Below, in pieces: positions 40,575-54,478 of a DNA stretch of 64,000 bases. The number at the start of each line of letters is the position of its first letter. Within the stretch, counting starts at the first letter, position 1. The DNA is from Eledone cirrhosa. Its lineage: Eukaryota. The DNA lies in the NCBI GenBank assembly GCA_964016885.1, contig OZ024740.1, positions 150,908,001-150,972,000 of the forward strand, read 5' to 3'. The notes under the pieces were generated by a model, which saw only the letters and a list, made by a program, of their open reading frames with translations, searched no databases and had not been told where the DNA came from. Position numbers and translations under genes: made by a program.

Positions 40575-42704
40575 CTATCCGTTAGGGTATAACGTGGGGC
40601 TGTAATACAGGAAAGTTTTGTGCAATTTATGTTTACAAGCCGAAATTGCCACAGATTTTTTGTTTAAGATGTGGTCCGTGGCGTAGAGTATTTCCAGGGC
40701 CTCAGCGGCGCAGAGGTCACATGGTCTTTTATTTCCGTTATACGATCTAGCCCTAGCTAGGATCTCCCAGTGTAACTTATATTGGGTGTGGTTGTCTTTT
40801 AGACTCCAGATATAAGCTGAAAGTGACGTTATATTCCTTCTTAGAGGGTAACGAAAAGAATGGGTATGCATGTAAAGACGCTGCTTGAAACTATTGGCGG
40901 TTAACCCTATGTAGGCCCTATGGGACGTGGGTGTTACAACCTTACATTTGTAGACAATGTTACTAGAGAGGCATTTCCCGGATAGGGGGCAATCAGCCCG
41001 ATTCCTACAGTTACAGTTAGTACTAACTACAGGGTTGCACGTGTTCCTACGGCTAGGTAGTTTAGCTAAATTTGAAGCTGTGATGTTATGTGCAAGGTTA
41101 GGAGTCGTAGAGTATGAAATTTTAATAGTATTTCTATTAAAAATGTTACTATATTTATGTGTAGGGGGAAAATGCTTCGTAATAAGGGAAAGAAAGATCT
41201 TAGCTAATGGTGTGGCCACCTCCATATTATATGGTGGGTTAAACCAACAAATGCGACGGGATCTATTTCTTCTAGGTCTATTTTCGTACTCTGTATATGC
41301 TACCTTATCAACAAATCCACTTCGAGCAAGAGCTTCATTATAGTAAGTGGAATGGTCGTTGAAAATGCGCTCGTTGGTGGAAAGACGGGAAAGCCTCAAC
41401 GACACGTTTTTTACCAGGTTCTTGGTTATGCTGGCAGGATGGTTGGAATGCTTACTTATGTAATTAAGCGTATCATTCGGCTTTCTATACGGGTAATACA
41501 ACCCATTCAATAAATTAAGGGTAACGTCGAGGTAATTAACGACCGAGAGATTGGCCTTAACCTGTATAGAGAGGTTGAAGCCTTTAAAGAAGGCTGTGAG
41601 TTCTTTTCTGAACCTGTCGCAAGCACGAGGTCCGCACTTAGTCATGGTCAAAAGACCATCGTCACGGTACAAACCACCGCCCGCGTTGGGGAATTCGTCC
41701 TTGATAGAGAAAAGAAGGAAAAGGCCAATAAGATCAGTAACCTCCGCAGAGTCACTGGCGCCCATACTCACGTCGAATGAGGTACTATTGGATTTTTTAA
41801 TCCAAATAGAGTCGTCGAAATTAATCACCGACTTTCGGGCATTAAGGATGACATCAACTTCGAAATCCTTAACCACTGTGAGTGTTTTAGCGAAATCGAT
41901 AGCTCTAAGGAGAAGTGGTAAAGTGATGGAGGAGTAGTAATTGTTAATGTCGAATTGGATAAAACGGCAATGTTCCTTGTTACATATGCCGTTGAACCAA
42001 TAAATCACCGCGAAAGAATTGTTCCACAGTGCGAGAGGGGCCAAACTTCTAATTTCAGGTATAATTCTATCAAGAATCGTTTTACTAAGTCTACCTAAGT
42101 CGGACTTCATAGGGTTAATAAGCCGAATAGAGGGGTTGTTCGGAAAATTGGATTTGTGATCCTTCAGGGTAAAGTGGGGAGAGATAGGGTCCAGAGGTTC
42201 GGTCCGGTCCAGGATGTTGAGATCAGATGTGATTTTAAACCCAGCATCGTTGATTTCATTGATGACGCACCGATTAGTTTTACGGTAATCCTTAGTTACA
42301 GCATTATGTAGTAGTTGATGGTAAGTACTGCGCTCCACTTGATATAGGTTGCCAGTTTTGTCGGAATGGACGTGCACGGCGTTAGAATCCTTAATAGAAC
42401 GAATTCTATTCTTCAGGTCTTGCTGGAAGGAATTTCTCCTATTCCGAAATTTGATAGTCCGAATGAGTTCCAAGACATCATTTTCAAAGGGTAGCAATGC
42501 TGGGTTCCACGGAGGGTTATTATAGGTTTTAAATTCAAATTTATCCTGTTTGTTGTCTGCTTTTCGCGGATTATCGAAATAAAAGGCACGCCAACGCAAC
42601 CTTTTAATGAACGCGTCTGTTTTCTGTATCAGGAGTTTTAGGTATGTTTTCCTGCTTGGTACGGGTATGTTCTTTGTAGAAATATTCAGATGTTGTTTTT
42701 GCAT
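40575..42704 (-). CDS. PLE reverse transcriptase + GIY-YIG endonuclease (Hydra-clade-like), 709 aa, intact
   Basis: HSDKTGNLY (DKT instead of DKG), IRLINP, FIQFDINNYYSSI, SMGASDSAE, GGLYRDDGL, NYLDVTLNL, SNHP, WFNPPY, CNCRNRADCPLSGKC, IVY...YIGLT..FKQR..H and CDLCAAE. Confidence 0.95.
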   Translation of the reverse strand: MQKQHLNISTKNIPVPSRKTYLKLLIQKTDAFIKRLRWRAFYFDNPRKADNKQDKFEFKTYNNPPWNPALLPFENDVLELIRTIKFRNRRNSFQQDLKNRIRSIKDSNAVHVHSDKTGNLYQVERSTYHQLLHNAVTKDYRKTNRCVINEINDAGFKITSDLNILDRTEPLDPISPHFTLKDHKSNFPNNPSIRLINPMKSDLGRLSKTILDRIIPEIRSLAPLALWNNSFAVIYWFNGICNKEHCRFIQFDINNYYSSITLPLLLRAIDFAKTLTVVKDFEVDVILNARKSVINFDDSIWIKKSNSTSFDVSMGASDSAEVTDLIGLFLLFSIKDEFPNAGGGLYRDDGLLTMTKCGPRACDRFRKELTAFFKGFNLSIQVKANLSVVNYLDVTLNLLNGLYYPYRKPNDTLNYISKHSNHPASITKNLVKNVSLRLSRLSTNERIFNDHSTYYNEALARSGFVDKVAYTEYENRPRRNRSRRICWFNPPYNMEVATPLAKIFLSLITKHFPPTHKYSNIFNRNTIKISYSTTPNLAHNITASNLAKLPSRRNTCNPVVSTNCNCRNRADCPLSGKCLSSNIVYKCKVVTPTSHRAYIGLTANSFKQRLYMHTHSFRYPLRRNITSLSAYIWSLKDNHTQYKLHWEILARARSYNGNKRPCDLCAAEALEILYATDHILNKKSVAISACKHKLHKTFLYYSPTLYPNG

Positions 42705-42892
42705 GATGAATATAAGTCAGTAGAGTGCTCAACCGAAGGAGCCAAATAGTAATAATAATAAAATTGAAGACTAAAATCCAAAGAGGGCTCGATAAGGAAA
42801 ATATATATCAAATATATAAGAACCGTAGAGCAAATATTTATTAAAATATTTATTAAAATATTTATTAAAATAACTATATATATATATATAAA

Positions 42893-43150
42893 GAAAAAAA
42901 CATGAAATCGAAATTGCAACTGGAGTCTTATTTTAGAAAAAATATATATATTTATTTGGTTCCTTTACCGGTTTCGCAGTTCTTCGCAGTTCTTCTGCTT
43001 TTCAAAAGTAGAATTGAGATGGAGGGTCTGTGGTTTGAGACAAATAAGACTCGAGTTGCATTTTCGATTCCATCTTTTTTTCTTTATACTTTCACTCGTG
43101 TAGGACATCTCGATTATTTTTCATTTTTTTAAAAACCCTCAATTTCTAAT
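42893..43150. mobile_element. Mini fold-back derived from the 29-33 kb Neptune pLTR end
   Basis: 42893-43033 matches 29143-29272 and includes the hammerhead with a 10-bp internal duplication. 43042-43150 is the reverse complement of 29072-29182. Confidence 0.85.
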
Positions 43151-43187
43151 ATATATATATTTATATATATATACATATATATATATA

Positions 43188-43238
<51 letters not shown>

Positions 43239-43335
43239 TATACATATATATATATACATTCCTGAATGGATTCGGGAAATATACATAGTTAAATAATGTG
43301 CTCAATAATGTAGTAGAGAATAAGCATACTTATTT

Positions 43336-43394
<59 letters not shown>

Positions 43395-43804
43395 GCAAGA
43401 AAGTGTTGGTAAAAACCAGTACTTCAGTATGCGATAAGGTGCACTCAACGAAGATATAAGTTCCGGAGTTATATTAGAGACGAAACATAAGTCAATTGCA
43501 TGAACTCATAATCTTTTATTTACTGCTATATATATTTCGATGAATATATATCTGACCAGGAATGCTTTTTGTGAAAATCAGTCATATCGAACTATTGTCA
43601 TCTTGCCTGACGGTTTGAAATTTACAACACCACCGACCTCTTTGAGGTCAAATACCAATCCTACTAGCATATACAAACTGATCAATGAGAATTAAGATTA
43701 TTCCTGCTGACAACATTAAATTATTCCTAACAAGCTCATATGTCCCAAGGCTCTGAAACCATCAACACCAAAAACACAGAGCTGGCATATCTAAGAACTG
43801 ACTA

Positions 43805-43860
43805 ACTGCCTGATGAGGTCATAGCCATTGTATGGCTATCATCGAAATATATATAGCAGT
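43805..43860 (+). ncRNA. Type-I hammerhead (second copy at 47977-48033)
   Basis: actgc-CTGATGA-ggtc-ATAGCCAT-tgt-ATGGCTAT-catc-GAAATATATATA-gcagt. Confidence 0.9.
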
Positions 43861-44045
43861 AAATAAAAGTTTATGAGTTCATGCAATTGACTTATGTTTC
43901 GTCACTATTATAACTTCGGAACTTATATCTTCGTTGAGTGCTCCCTATCCGCATACTGAAGTACTTGATTTTACCAACACTTTCTTGCTTACTTCATGCT
44001 CCACACCCTGTTGAGTGCTTCATACAGTAGCAGACCGCAGCCAAT

Positions 44046-46679
44046 ATGAATGAACTCACCACTCTGGCATCACTGAAGGACATCCCATTACCGGGTAAAC
44101 GAGAGTACACCAGGAATCTCACTAAGAGTACTGACTCCCTAATACGCAGGATGCGGTGGAGGGCTTTGATATGAAAACCCCAACACCAATAACAAAAAAC
44201 CATGGAGTACCTCTTCAGATCAAGAAGGATCCCCCCACACACACAACATACTATTGGAGGAGTTCGAGAACGAAATGATTGGCATCATTTCCAACATCAA
44301 ATTTTCCGACCAACCATACCGGGGTCAAGAGTACCTAAGACGACTGGAAAATGGAATTACTGAGCTTAAGGAATCTACAGGAATACTCGTCTATGCCGAC
44401 AAAACCAACAACCTTTACAGCATGGACGTTCAACTTTACCATGAGCTAATCCTCAGGGAATTGAGAAAAAGCTACAAAAAACGGCCGAGGCTACCCTGGA
44501 GGATATCAACATCAAGGCTTATGAGATCCTATCTGGTCTTGGCATAGATGATAGGACGGCCCCATACTAACCGGGGAGCCTAGGATAACCATTAAGGACC
44601 ACAAACCAAACTTTGAGTCTAACCTGTCAGTTAGACTGATAGCCCCCTCTCGGTCAGACATGGGGGTAATTAGCAAAAGCATTTTAGATAGGATCCTGCC
44701 AACACTTAGGAGTAAAATAAGGTTACAACTCTGGTCCTGCACCAGCCAAGTGCTGGACTGGTTTACGTTTTTACCTGACAAACATACTAGCTTCATACAA
44801 CTAGACATCAACAATTACTACTCCTCTATCTCGCCCATAGTCCTGAACAAGGCACTTATATTCGCGATTGATAGGACAGACCTAACGCGCGACGAGGTCC
44901 AAATAATACACGCCGCCAGAAAGACCCTGATGCTATTCGGTGGGGACATATGGACCCGGAGTGACTGGCCAAATAATTTTGACATTACAATGGGCTCCAT
45001 TGACTCCACCCAGCTAACGGACCTGGTTGGGATATACATACTCTACGAGATCAGGAACGAAATACCCAACATGGGTGGCGGACTGTACAGAGATGATGCA
45101 CTCTTCATCGTCGTGAACCACAGCACCACAATAAACGAAAATATGAAGAGAAGACTTAGACACTTTTTTAGCAAGATAGGACTTAAAGTAGAGATGGAAC
45201 CAAATAGAATAATAGTGAATTTCCTGGACACCACCCTCAACCTCAACACCAAGCTACACCACCCATATCATAAACCCAATGAGAAGCTTGTGCATATCAA
45301 CGCTGGGTCCAATCACCCTAGATCTATAGTTAAGGCCCTAGTTAAGAGTGTCTCTGATAGGATCTCTAACTTGTCTGCCAATAAAGAGATCTTCAATAGT
45401 AATGCTGATTATTATAACTCAGCGCTAGCTAAGGCGTCCCACAGCCATAGAATCAGCTATAACCCTAAGGGGCATGCATGATTGAGATGACCCAAGGGTG
45501 CCCCGGGCCACTACCCTCAGGGGCATGAGTCGCCCACCTAATACCACGGTGACTAGTAGTAATACTCCCAGACCCCTAACCGCCACCACCCCGGTAGAAG
45601 GTCCCGAGTACCCCACCGGTCTAATACCTACAACACTGAGGACCACTGTAGTGCGGAGCATAGGCACCCCTCACCGGCCCCACCACCCACCGAACCCTCA
45701 TTGAGCAGGGAGGTCGCACCGCGCAGGTTTATAACCACACGGTGGGCCCATATAACCCTCATGATAGTGACCGCTCTGCACACCTGAGTAACACCAACCG
45801 AGCTCGACCTGACCTCTGCACAACCCCGCGATGGACCACGGCGGTCACCTAACAACCCCGCAAGAATAGGACCAGGAAGGTCACATGGTATAACCCCCGT
45901 ACTTGGTGGGTCTACGTACCAGCCTGGCTAGAACATTCTTTAGAGTACTGGATAATTGTTTCCCTAGGGCCCACAGGTACCATAAAATATTCAACAGGCA
46001 AACGGTGAAACTTTCCCACTCAACCACACGCTCCGTAGACAAGCACATAGCCGGCATAAATAGGAATAGGCTCACTGCCTCTAATACCACCGTAAACCCC
46101 GGAGCCACCCTACGGAACCAGCACGCGGGACGCACCAGGCCCCGGACAGGCCCAACTAGCACAGCGGAACCAAACGACCCTGTGCTGAATGCGGCGGCTA
46201 CGCAGCCAACCCCGCGTGATGGTAACCCCGCGGTACATGTGAAGGGGCTTAAAAAGTCATGCAATTGCAGAGACCCATCACTATGCCCCCTTAGTAATGA
46301 ATGCATGACGAAAAACGAAGTCTACAGGTGCAAGGTCACAACCCTTAACTCGGAGCACCTGTGCATAGGATCCACGGCGACGAGCTTCAAAGATAGGTGG
46401 TATAACCATCGCCACTCCTTTACCAGAATAGAAAAGAGGCAATGTACGGCCCTTTCTGAATTGATCTGGAAGCTCAAACTTGAAAAGACCCCGCACTCTT
46501 TGGTCTGGTCCGTGGTTAGAAAGGTTCCCCCAGTCAGAGGTGGGTCTGGTATTTGCAGCCTCTGTCTTAGTGAGACACTCGAGATACTTCTTGGCGGAAC
46601 CAAGCTATTAAACAGAAGGGCCGACTTATTCGGCGCCTGCAGAAACCTAAGGACGGGAACTTTCCTCAGGCTATATTGA
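44046..46679 (+). pseudogene. Hydra-like PLE RT + GIY-YIG ORF (disrupted), relative of 20386-23064
   Basis: YADKTNNLY, FIQLDINNYYSSI, ITMGSIDS, GGLYRDD, NFLDTTLNL, CNCRDPSLCPLSNEC, VYRC..CIGST..FKDRWYNH and CSLCLSE. Confidence 0.92.
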
Positions 46680-48073
46680 TAAACCCCGGCTGTGGCCTCC
46701 CACAACACCTCCCCCCCCTGTAGTTCCCCTACACTCCGTACCAATGACCAATTGGCAACAACACCCACCCATAATTTGGGTCCCCAGGATGGATTGTCCA
46801 CCAGATTCTCTACTGGTTAGAAGTCAGCAAAACCACGTTTTTTTAACCTGATGACACGGGAGTGGCCCACACAGGAAGAGCGATTATCCTAAGGTACTAA
46901 CCCTATACGCATGAATGAGTGCCCGCAACCGTGCGTTGTGTGTGTATACTGCGATTACGTGAATGTACACACTCATGTGAACGCAACAAAATACTAATAC
47001 CCCGGGTTGCATTTGAAAAATGTTCGAGTGTATGCTTAAGAGTATATTTGTATATCCTCTCTTGCATGAATGCACATGTGTATATAGACCTACACACGCA
47101 TCCAGATTACACAAGTGTGGGCGGGTGCGTGTACCTGTATATGTCTGTACTGAGGGATTCGCCTAAGCTCCAAAGCCCCTAAGCTATTGCTGTGAAGATA
47201 TATATCACACTCTACTTTTGTCTAGTCTAAACAATAACTTTACCAAACACCCACTTTACCTTTCTTTAAAAATAACACCCACTTCGTTTTATGTCTGCCA
47301 TATACTTGGATTTGGGGGCCTCTTTTGTATATATATACGCACCTGTGTGTACACACATATATATACACATCTGTATGGATTTGTAGATGTGTGTGTCTGT
47401 GGGGGTGGGTGTGAGTGTATGTGCAAGTCAACCAACATAAGTCTTTTTATATGTAAACTTTTAAATTATTTGACTCGAACCATAATTTTCAGTATTACCA
47501 CTCCACATAAATTCCCCAATTTGTATGTGTGGATGTGTGTGTGTGTCTGTGGGTGTGGGTGTTGGTGTATGTGCAAGTCAACCAACATAAGTCTTTTTAT
47601 ATGCAAACCTTCTAAGTATTTGACTCTAACCATAATTTTCAGTAGCACCACCCCACATACATTCCTCAATTTGAGAATGACCTGTAGTATCGAATTTCAT
47701 ACTATAAACCTCAATTGAATATATATCTGACCAGGAATGCTTTTTGAGAAAATCAGTCATATCGAACTATTGTCATCTTGCCTGACGGTTTGAACTTTAC
47801 AACACCACCGACCTCTTTCAGGTCAAATACCAATCCTACTAGCATCTACAAACTGACCAATGAGAATTAAGATTATTCCTGCTAACATTAAATTATTCCT
47901 AACAAGCTCATATGTCCCAAGGCTCTGAAACCATCAACACCAAAAACACAGAGCTGGCATATCTAAGAACTGACTAACTGCCTGATGAGGTCATAGCCAA
48001 TTCAATGGCTATCATCGAAATATATATAGCAGTAAATAAATATTATGAGTTCATGGAATTGACTTATGTTTCG

Positions 48074-48676
<603 letters not shown>

Positions 48677-48685
48677 ATATATATG

Positions 48686-48716
<31 letters not shown>

Positions 48717-48868
48717 AGGCATCCCTACATCTACATATTAAGCATCTTTAAGCTTGTATGTAGAACTTTCTAGCGATTTTCTTTTAGCATCAATAAATAT
48801 TCAGAGAGGGGTAAAGCAAGCCAGGAAAGAAACAGACTAAAGACACTAAAGAGACAAGAGAGGGAGAG

Positions 48869-48915
<47 letters not shown>

Positions 48916-48916
48916 T

Positions 48917-48973
<57 letters not shown>

Positions 48974-49533
48974 GAGGATGACCACGCCTCAAAAGAGCTG
49001 AGGTCATAAGAATGTATACCTATGTTCTGAGAGAAGTAGTAAACAAGTACCACCACCCACACAAATATCTGGTGTCTGCTTTCGCAGTTGAGAAGGTTTG
49101 TTGAATTTTTGTGACAACAATGGTATTCCATACATTGTTAAAAAAAACAGCGCTAGTGTGTCTAAAAGAAAAAGTCAAATTATCACAGAAGATACCTTAC
49201 CTTTGGTACAGAACCAACACCTGGAAGCTGGAGGAACTCCACTGGAAGCCGGGGCTCCCCTTTTGGAATCTACGGCACATTGACTTTCATAGGGGGCCCC
49301 ATTTTCATTGGCGTGCCCAGGAGCAATTGCTCCTGCCACCCTACTTTATATCCCATCTGGCACACACGTATGCATACACACACACACACGCACACGCACA
49401 CACACATATACATCACACAGACACGCGTATGTCTATGAACGTATGAATGTATGTATGCATCAATTTATGTAAGTATTTATGTATTTATGTATTTATGTAT
49501 GTATGTATGTATGTATGTATGTATGTATGTATG

Positions 49534-50345
49534 TTATCTCTTTCTCTTAATTTCGAGTATATTTTTTTTGACCGGCCACCTTCCTGGTGGCAAGGTTGTA
49601 AAAGAAAAGAAATTGTCATCCCTTGAATCGCAAGAATGTTTTGCAAATTTTGAAGGTGCCAGCTATCGCAGCCATTTGTAGACTATGAATTAGGGAGCTG
49701 CGCTCTTTGTCCGCAAATCCAAGTTCAGTCATACTTTGGTCCAAGCGGGTTGGTATATAACCCGTAGCTCCAATACTGATGGGTATGAAGCTAAAGGTAT
49801 ATCTTGGATACTGGATATGTAAACTCCTCATCAATGGTCCGTAGATGTCCTCCTTCTCCTGTATTTTTCTGACAACGTTTACATCAAGTGGGCAGCTGAT
49901 CTCCACAACAGAACACATTTTCAATGTGTGGTCCCAAACAACAATATCAGGCCGGTTGTGCTTTAATTTGGTGGCAATTTTTATTTTCAGGTTCCACCAG
50001 TATTTCTTAGTGCCATCTGTCTCAATATATTCTTCCTCGTTTGTTGTTAATTTTGTTTTCCGAAGTGCGTTCCAGATGGTTCTAGCTATCCCATCGTGTC
50101 TCATGGGGAGGTAGTAGCGAGATGACATTCTTTCGCAGCTGGCAACAATGTGGCTTACATCCTCGATCTTTGTTTTACATAGCCTACATTTATTGTCAGC
50201 TGATGGCCCTCCTCTTTTGTGCAGCAGATATTTGGTAGGGAGTTCTTGTTCCTGTATTGCATAGAGATATCCCTCAAGGTGTGATGTCATAAACTTGTCG
50301 GAACTCCATGCCAGGCGTTTTGGGTGGTTTATCTCTCTATGGTCT
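49534..50345 (-). mobile_element. 5'-truncated RLE-type non-LTR retrotransposon (R4/Dong-like)
   Basis: ORF 49616-50290 contains AIQEQELPT, the CCHC knuckle CRLC..EDVSHIVASC, RHD, and the PD-(D/E)xK nuclease RPDIVVWD..VEISCP..KEDIY. It is flanked by (ATGT)n on both sides. Confidence 0.85.
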
Positions 50346-50348
50346 GTG

Positions 50349-50380
<32 letters not shown>

Positions 50381-50414
50381 TGTATGTATGTATGTATGTA
50401 TGTATGTATGTATG

Positions 50415-51037
50415 TCAGGTCACCAGTTGGTGCTACTGGTAACATGTATCCCAGTACAACCTGTCTCATGGTCGGGTCGTTGGCGACTAAACTGGCAACC
50501 CCACCAAGGTTTCTTGGTGAGGAGGGTGACTTTGGACATCTTGCAGAACTAAAAGCAAAACCTGTCAAAGGGCAAAGGAGCTCTTAAGAGTCAATGACCA
50601 TCCAAAATCACCGGGAGAGATGACTCCTTAGCCTTTGTCAAGGCAGAATTCTAGGAGAAGGAAAACTGATATAACACCTGCAACTCTGATGGTATCCAAT
50701 GATGTTGACTCGTTCTTCTTTTTGGTAAATATCATCTTGGTTAAGAGAGTGGGACTACCTTTGTGCAGTGCCTTTGCTCACTATAAAAGCTTCACAGCAC
50801 AGGCATCGCTTTATATCTGGAGATCTCTCTGCACTTGTCGTCACATGGTACCATGGGCCCAGCACTATGTGTCAATAATTGTCACAAGTGTAGTGTTTGT
50901 ACCAGAGTTTTCAAGTTTCTGGCTGGACTAAAAAGTCACACTCGTTCAGCGCATCGGTAGGGATTCTCCTACATGGGTATAAAGTAGTGGCCGTACTCGA
51001 AAACGAGTTGGCAGCCACCATGTATGTATGTATGTGT
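50415..51037 (+). mobile_element. Non-autonomous RTE-related element with an (ATGT)n tail
   Basis: 50625-51022 is repeated at 56418-56818. It contains an RTE-5'UTR-like ggagaaggaaaactg motif and ends ggccgtactcgaaaacgagttggcagccacc(atgt)n. A related short 3' end lies at 56289-56345. Confidence 0.6.
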
Positions 51038-51539
51038 AAATGTTCATTTCAATTCATTCTGAAGCTTTTGTTGCTGTAAACATTAGTGCCGGTGTTGTTG
51101 TTGTAGATTTTGGGTTGAAATCTGGTAGTTTAACTGGGTGATGTATATACACACATATACACACATATATATATATACACACACATTCAACACAGAGTAG
51201 AGAGTTTGACAACAGGTCGGTGACTTTAGTCTAGATAGGGTAATGACATGTGTAAATGGTAAATGTGATGGTGGGGAGAGAGTGTAGATGTTATTGTGGT
51301 GGCGAGGCCAATGAGATGTATCTAGTTCATTTGTCCGTTTCTTCTCTTTGCAAAATTTGAATTTTAGCCATGTTATATTGAGATGTAAGTAAATGTAAAA
51401 TGTAATATATAAATAAGGATTGCTTTGGTAAAATATACGAAAATATGTGTAACTTCCACAAACTTCTGTCGTGACATTCCCGAGTACAGTGACCACAAAA
51501 TTGTTGTATTTTGATGTTTCAGAATACAAAAATTAATTA

Positions 51540-52787
51540 AAAGGCAGCATATTTAACATCAGGCGCTTTGCTGCAAAGACAAAGGTATTTACATCAATCA
51601 TAAGAGACCTCTTGTATGCAGATGATTGCGATCTTGTAGCGCACACAGATAGTGATATGCAGCACATTTTGAATGCATTTTCTGACGCTTGCACTGCTCT
51701 AGGATTGACTGTCAGTCTCAAGAAAACCGTCGTCATGTACCAACCTGCCCCTAGTAAGCAGTAAAGTGAACCAAATATCTATGCGTATGGTAAACGACTT
51801 GGAGTGGTTGATCAGTTTGTCTACCTGGGAAGCACTGTCAACCGGTACAGCAACATTGATAGTGAAATCTCACTTAGGATTAGGAAAGCAAGTGATGCTT
51901 TCGGAAAGCTAGAAAGGCGACTCTGGGGTCGGCGAGACATATGTAGGAGGACAAAAGTAAAGGTGTACAGGGCATGTGTGCTCTCTTGTCTTCTTTATGC
52001 CTGCGAGACCTGGGTCACATATCGACACCACCTTAAGCAATTGGAGCGTTTCCATCAGATGTGTCTCAGACGGATCCATGGCGTTCACTGGAGGGACCAC
52101 ATCAGTGATGTCGAGATTTTGGAAAGCTCTATGTGTGACAGTATAGAAGCTCTTGTGCTTAAGCAACGACTCCGTTGGAGTGGTCACCTTGCCAGGATGA
52201 AGGATTCTAGAATACCAAAACAACTCTTTTATGGAGAGTTAGTTAAAGGAAAACGACAGCCACATAAACCAAAAAAGAGGTATAAGGATTCCTTGAAATC
52301 CTCTTTGAAAGACGCTAACATCTCTGCTGGTACATGGGAAAATATTGCTGCTGATCGTAATAAATGGAGAAAGACTGTATATGAGGGAAAAGTTGCCTTT
52401 GGGGCATCTCGAATCGCATACGAGAAAGTAAAGCGGGATGTGAGGAAGGGCATTGCTGTTGCACTTCCAGACGGCGAGGGTCCTCCTATGGTGCTGACAT
52501 GCAGCGTCTGTGCGAGACTCTGCCTAAGCAAAGCTGGACTCGAAAGTCATCTTCGCAGTCATAAAGTAAGACCAGTGGTTGACTACCAGGCTGCTGTTGG
52601 AGATGCTACTCATCATGCTTGCCAAGCATGTGATAGAGAATGTAAATCAGCAGGAGGGCTCAAACGACATGGAAAAGTACATGAACTCCAGCCACAGCCG
52701 GCTATTCCCAGTGAATGTTTTGGTTGCCGACTCTGTGCAAGACATTTTAGATCATTGGCTGGGCTAAAAAGCCACATTCGATCGTAG
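51540..52787 (+). pseudogene. 5'-truncated RTE-clade LINE ORF (RT C-half plus three C2H2 zinc fingers)
   Basis: IFNIRRFAAKTK...LLYADD...GLTVSLKKT, one TAA, then FVYLGS, LLYACETW, LRWSGHLARM..RIPKQLFYGEL. The C-terminus has CSVC..HLRSH, CQAC..HGKVH and CRLC..HIRS. Confidence 0.9.
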
Positions 52788-52931
52788 CGCTGTTAGTTGC
52801 AATCGTGTGTGTGTGTGTGTAGATATGTTTATGTGTGTGCGTATATATATATATGTATGTATATTGTTGTTGTCGTTATTATTATTGTTGTTATTATTAT
52901 TATTATTGTTATTAATATATATATGTGTGTG

Positions 52932-52973
<42 letters not shown>

Positions 52974-52975
52974 TA

Positions 52976-53090
52976 TAAGTTGAAATAAATGAAAACGAAA
53001 TTTCATTTCTCACTCTTAGTATGGCACTTACTTAAATGTAAGTATGTATGTATACGTACATACATATATGTATACAGACGTACAGTAGCA

Positions 53091-53154
<64 letters not shown>

Positions 53155-53870
53155 TATACATATATATACACATATGCATACAGGTACACATACATATATG
53201 CACGCATCAGTTTAGCCGACGTTTATTATAACGCCTGCTTTGTTCTTTTGTTTGTCAACAAATCGAACAGCCTGAATTTATGCCATACGGTGTTAAGGCA
53301 ACCACGTCACCTTTTTGTTCAACACTGACACAGGAACGATGTACTAGTTTCAAGCTTGTTAGCTATCATCAGCACCGTTTACCCATCTGCCAGATAGTTG
53401 AATGTTCGAAAGTATATACTTTCCTTATGAAAATTAACGGCTGAGCAGCCTAATTTGCATATTGAGTGAGTTAAATCGGTCAGGCATACCGAAAACGATA
53501 AGTTGAAAAAAATGAAAACGAAATTTCATTTCTCACTCTTAGTATGGCACTTACTTAAATGTAAGACGGATTTAACTCACTCAATATGCAAATTAGGCTG
53601 CTCAGCCGTTAATTTTCATAAGGAAAGTATATACTTTCGAACGTTCAACTATCTGGCAGATGGGTAAACGGTGCTGATGATAGCTAACAAGCTTGAAACT
53701 AGTACATCGTTCCTATGTCAGTGTTGAACAAAAAGGTGACGTGGTTGCCTTAACACCGTATGGCATAAATTCAGGCTGTTCGATTTGTTGACAAACAAAC
53801 GAACAAAGCAGGCGTTATAATAAACGTCGGCTAAACTGATGCGTGCATATATGTATGTGTACCTGTATGC

Positions 53871-53943
<73 letters not shown>

Positions 53944-54392
53944 TGCTACTGTACGTCTGTATACATATATGTATGTACGTATACATACATACTTACATTT
54001 AAGTAAGTGCCATACTAAGAGTGAGAAATGAAATTTCGTTTTCATTTTTTTCAACTTATCGTTTTCGGTATGCCTGACCGATTTAACTCACTCAATATGC
54101 AAATTAGGCTGCTCAGCCGTTAATTTTCATAAGGAAAGTATATACTTTCGAACGTTCAACTATCTGGCAGATGGGTAAACGGTGCTGATGATAGCTAACA
54201 CGCTTGAAACTAGTACATCGTTCCTGTGTCAGTGTTGAACAAAAAGGTGACGTGGTTGCCTTAACACCGTATGGCATAAATTCAGGCTGTTCGATTTGTT
54301 GACAAACAAACGAACAAAGCAGGCGTTATAATAAACGTCGGCTAAACTGATGCGTGCATATATGTATATGTACCTGTATGCATATGTGTATA

Positions 54393-54425
<33 letters not shown>

Positions 54426-54478
54426 GCATGCTACTGTACGTCTGTATACATATATGTATGTACGTATACATACATACT

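Larger units (their letters stand above)
43393..48080 (+). mobile_element. Full-length Hydra-like PLE with inverted 5' piece and tandem pLTRs
   Basis: 43393-43543 is the reverse complement of 43838-43992. 43541-43908 repeats 47717-48079. A disrupted ORF spans 44046-46679. Hammerheads lie at 43805-43860 and 47977-48033. Confidence 0.92.

Noticed and set aside
46845-46890. CTGATGA followed by a small GGG/CCC stem in the PLE 3' region
   Set aside because: There is no properly placed GAAA, stem III or stem I, so I did not call it a hammerhead.
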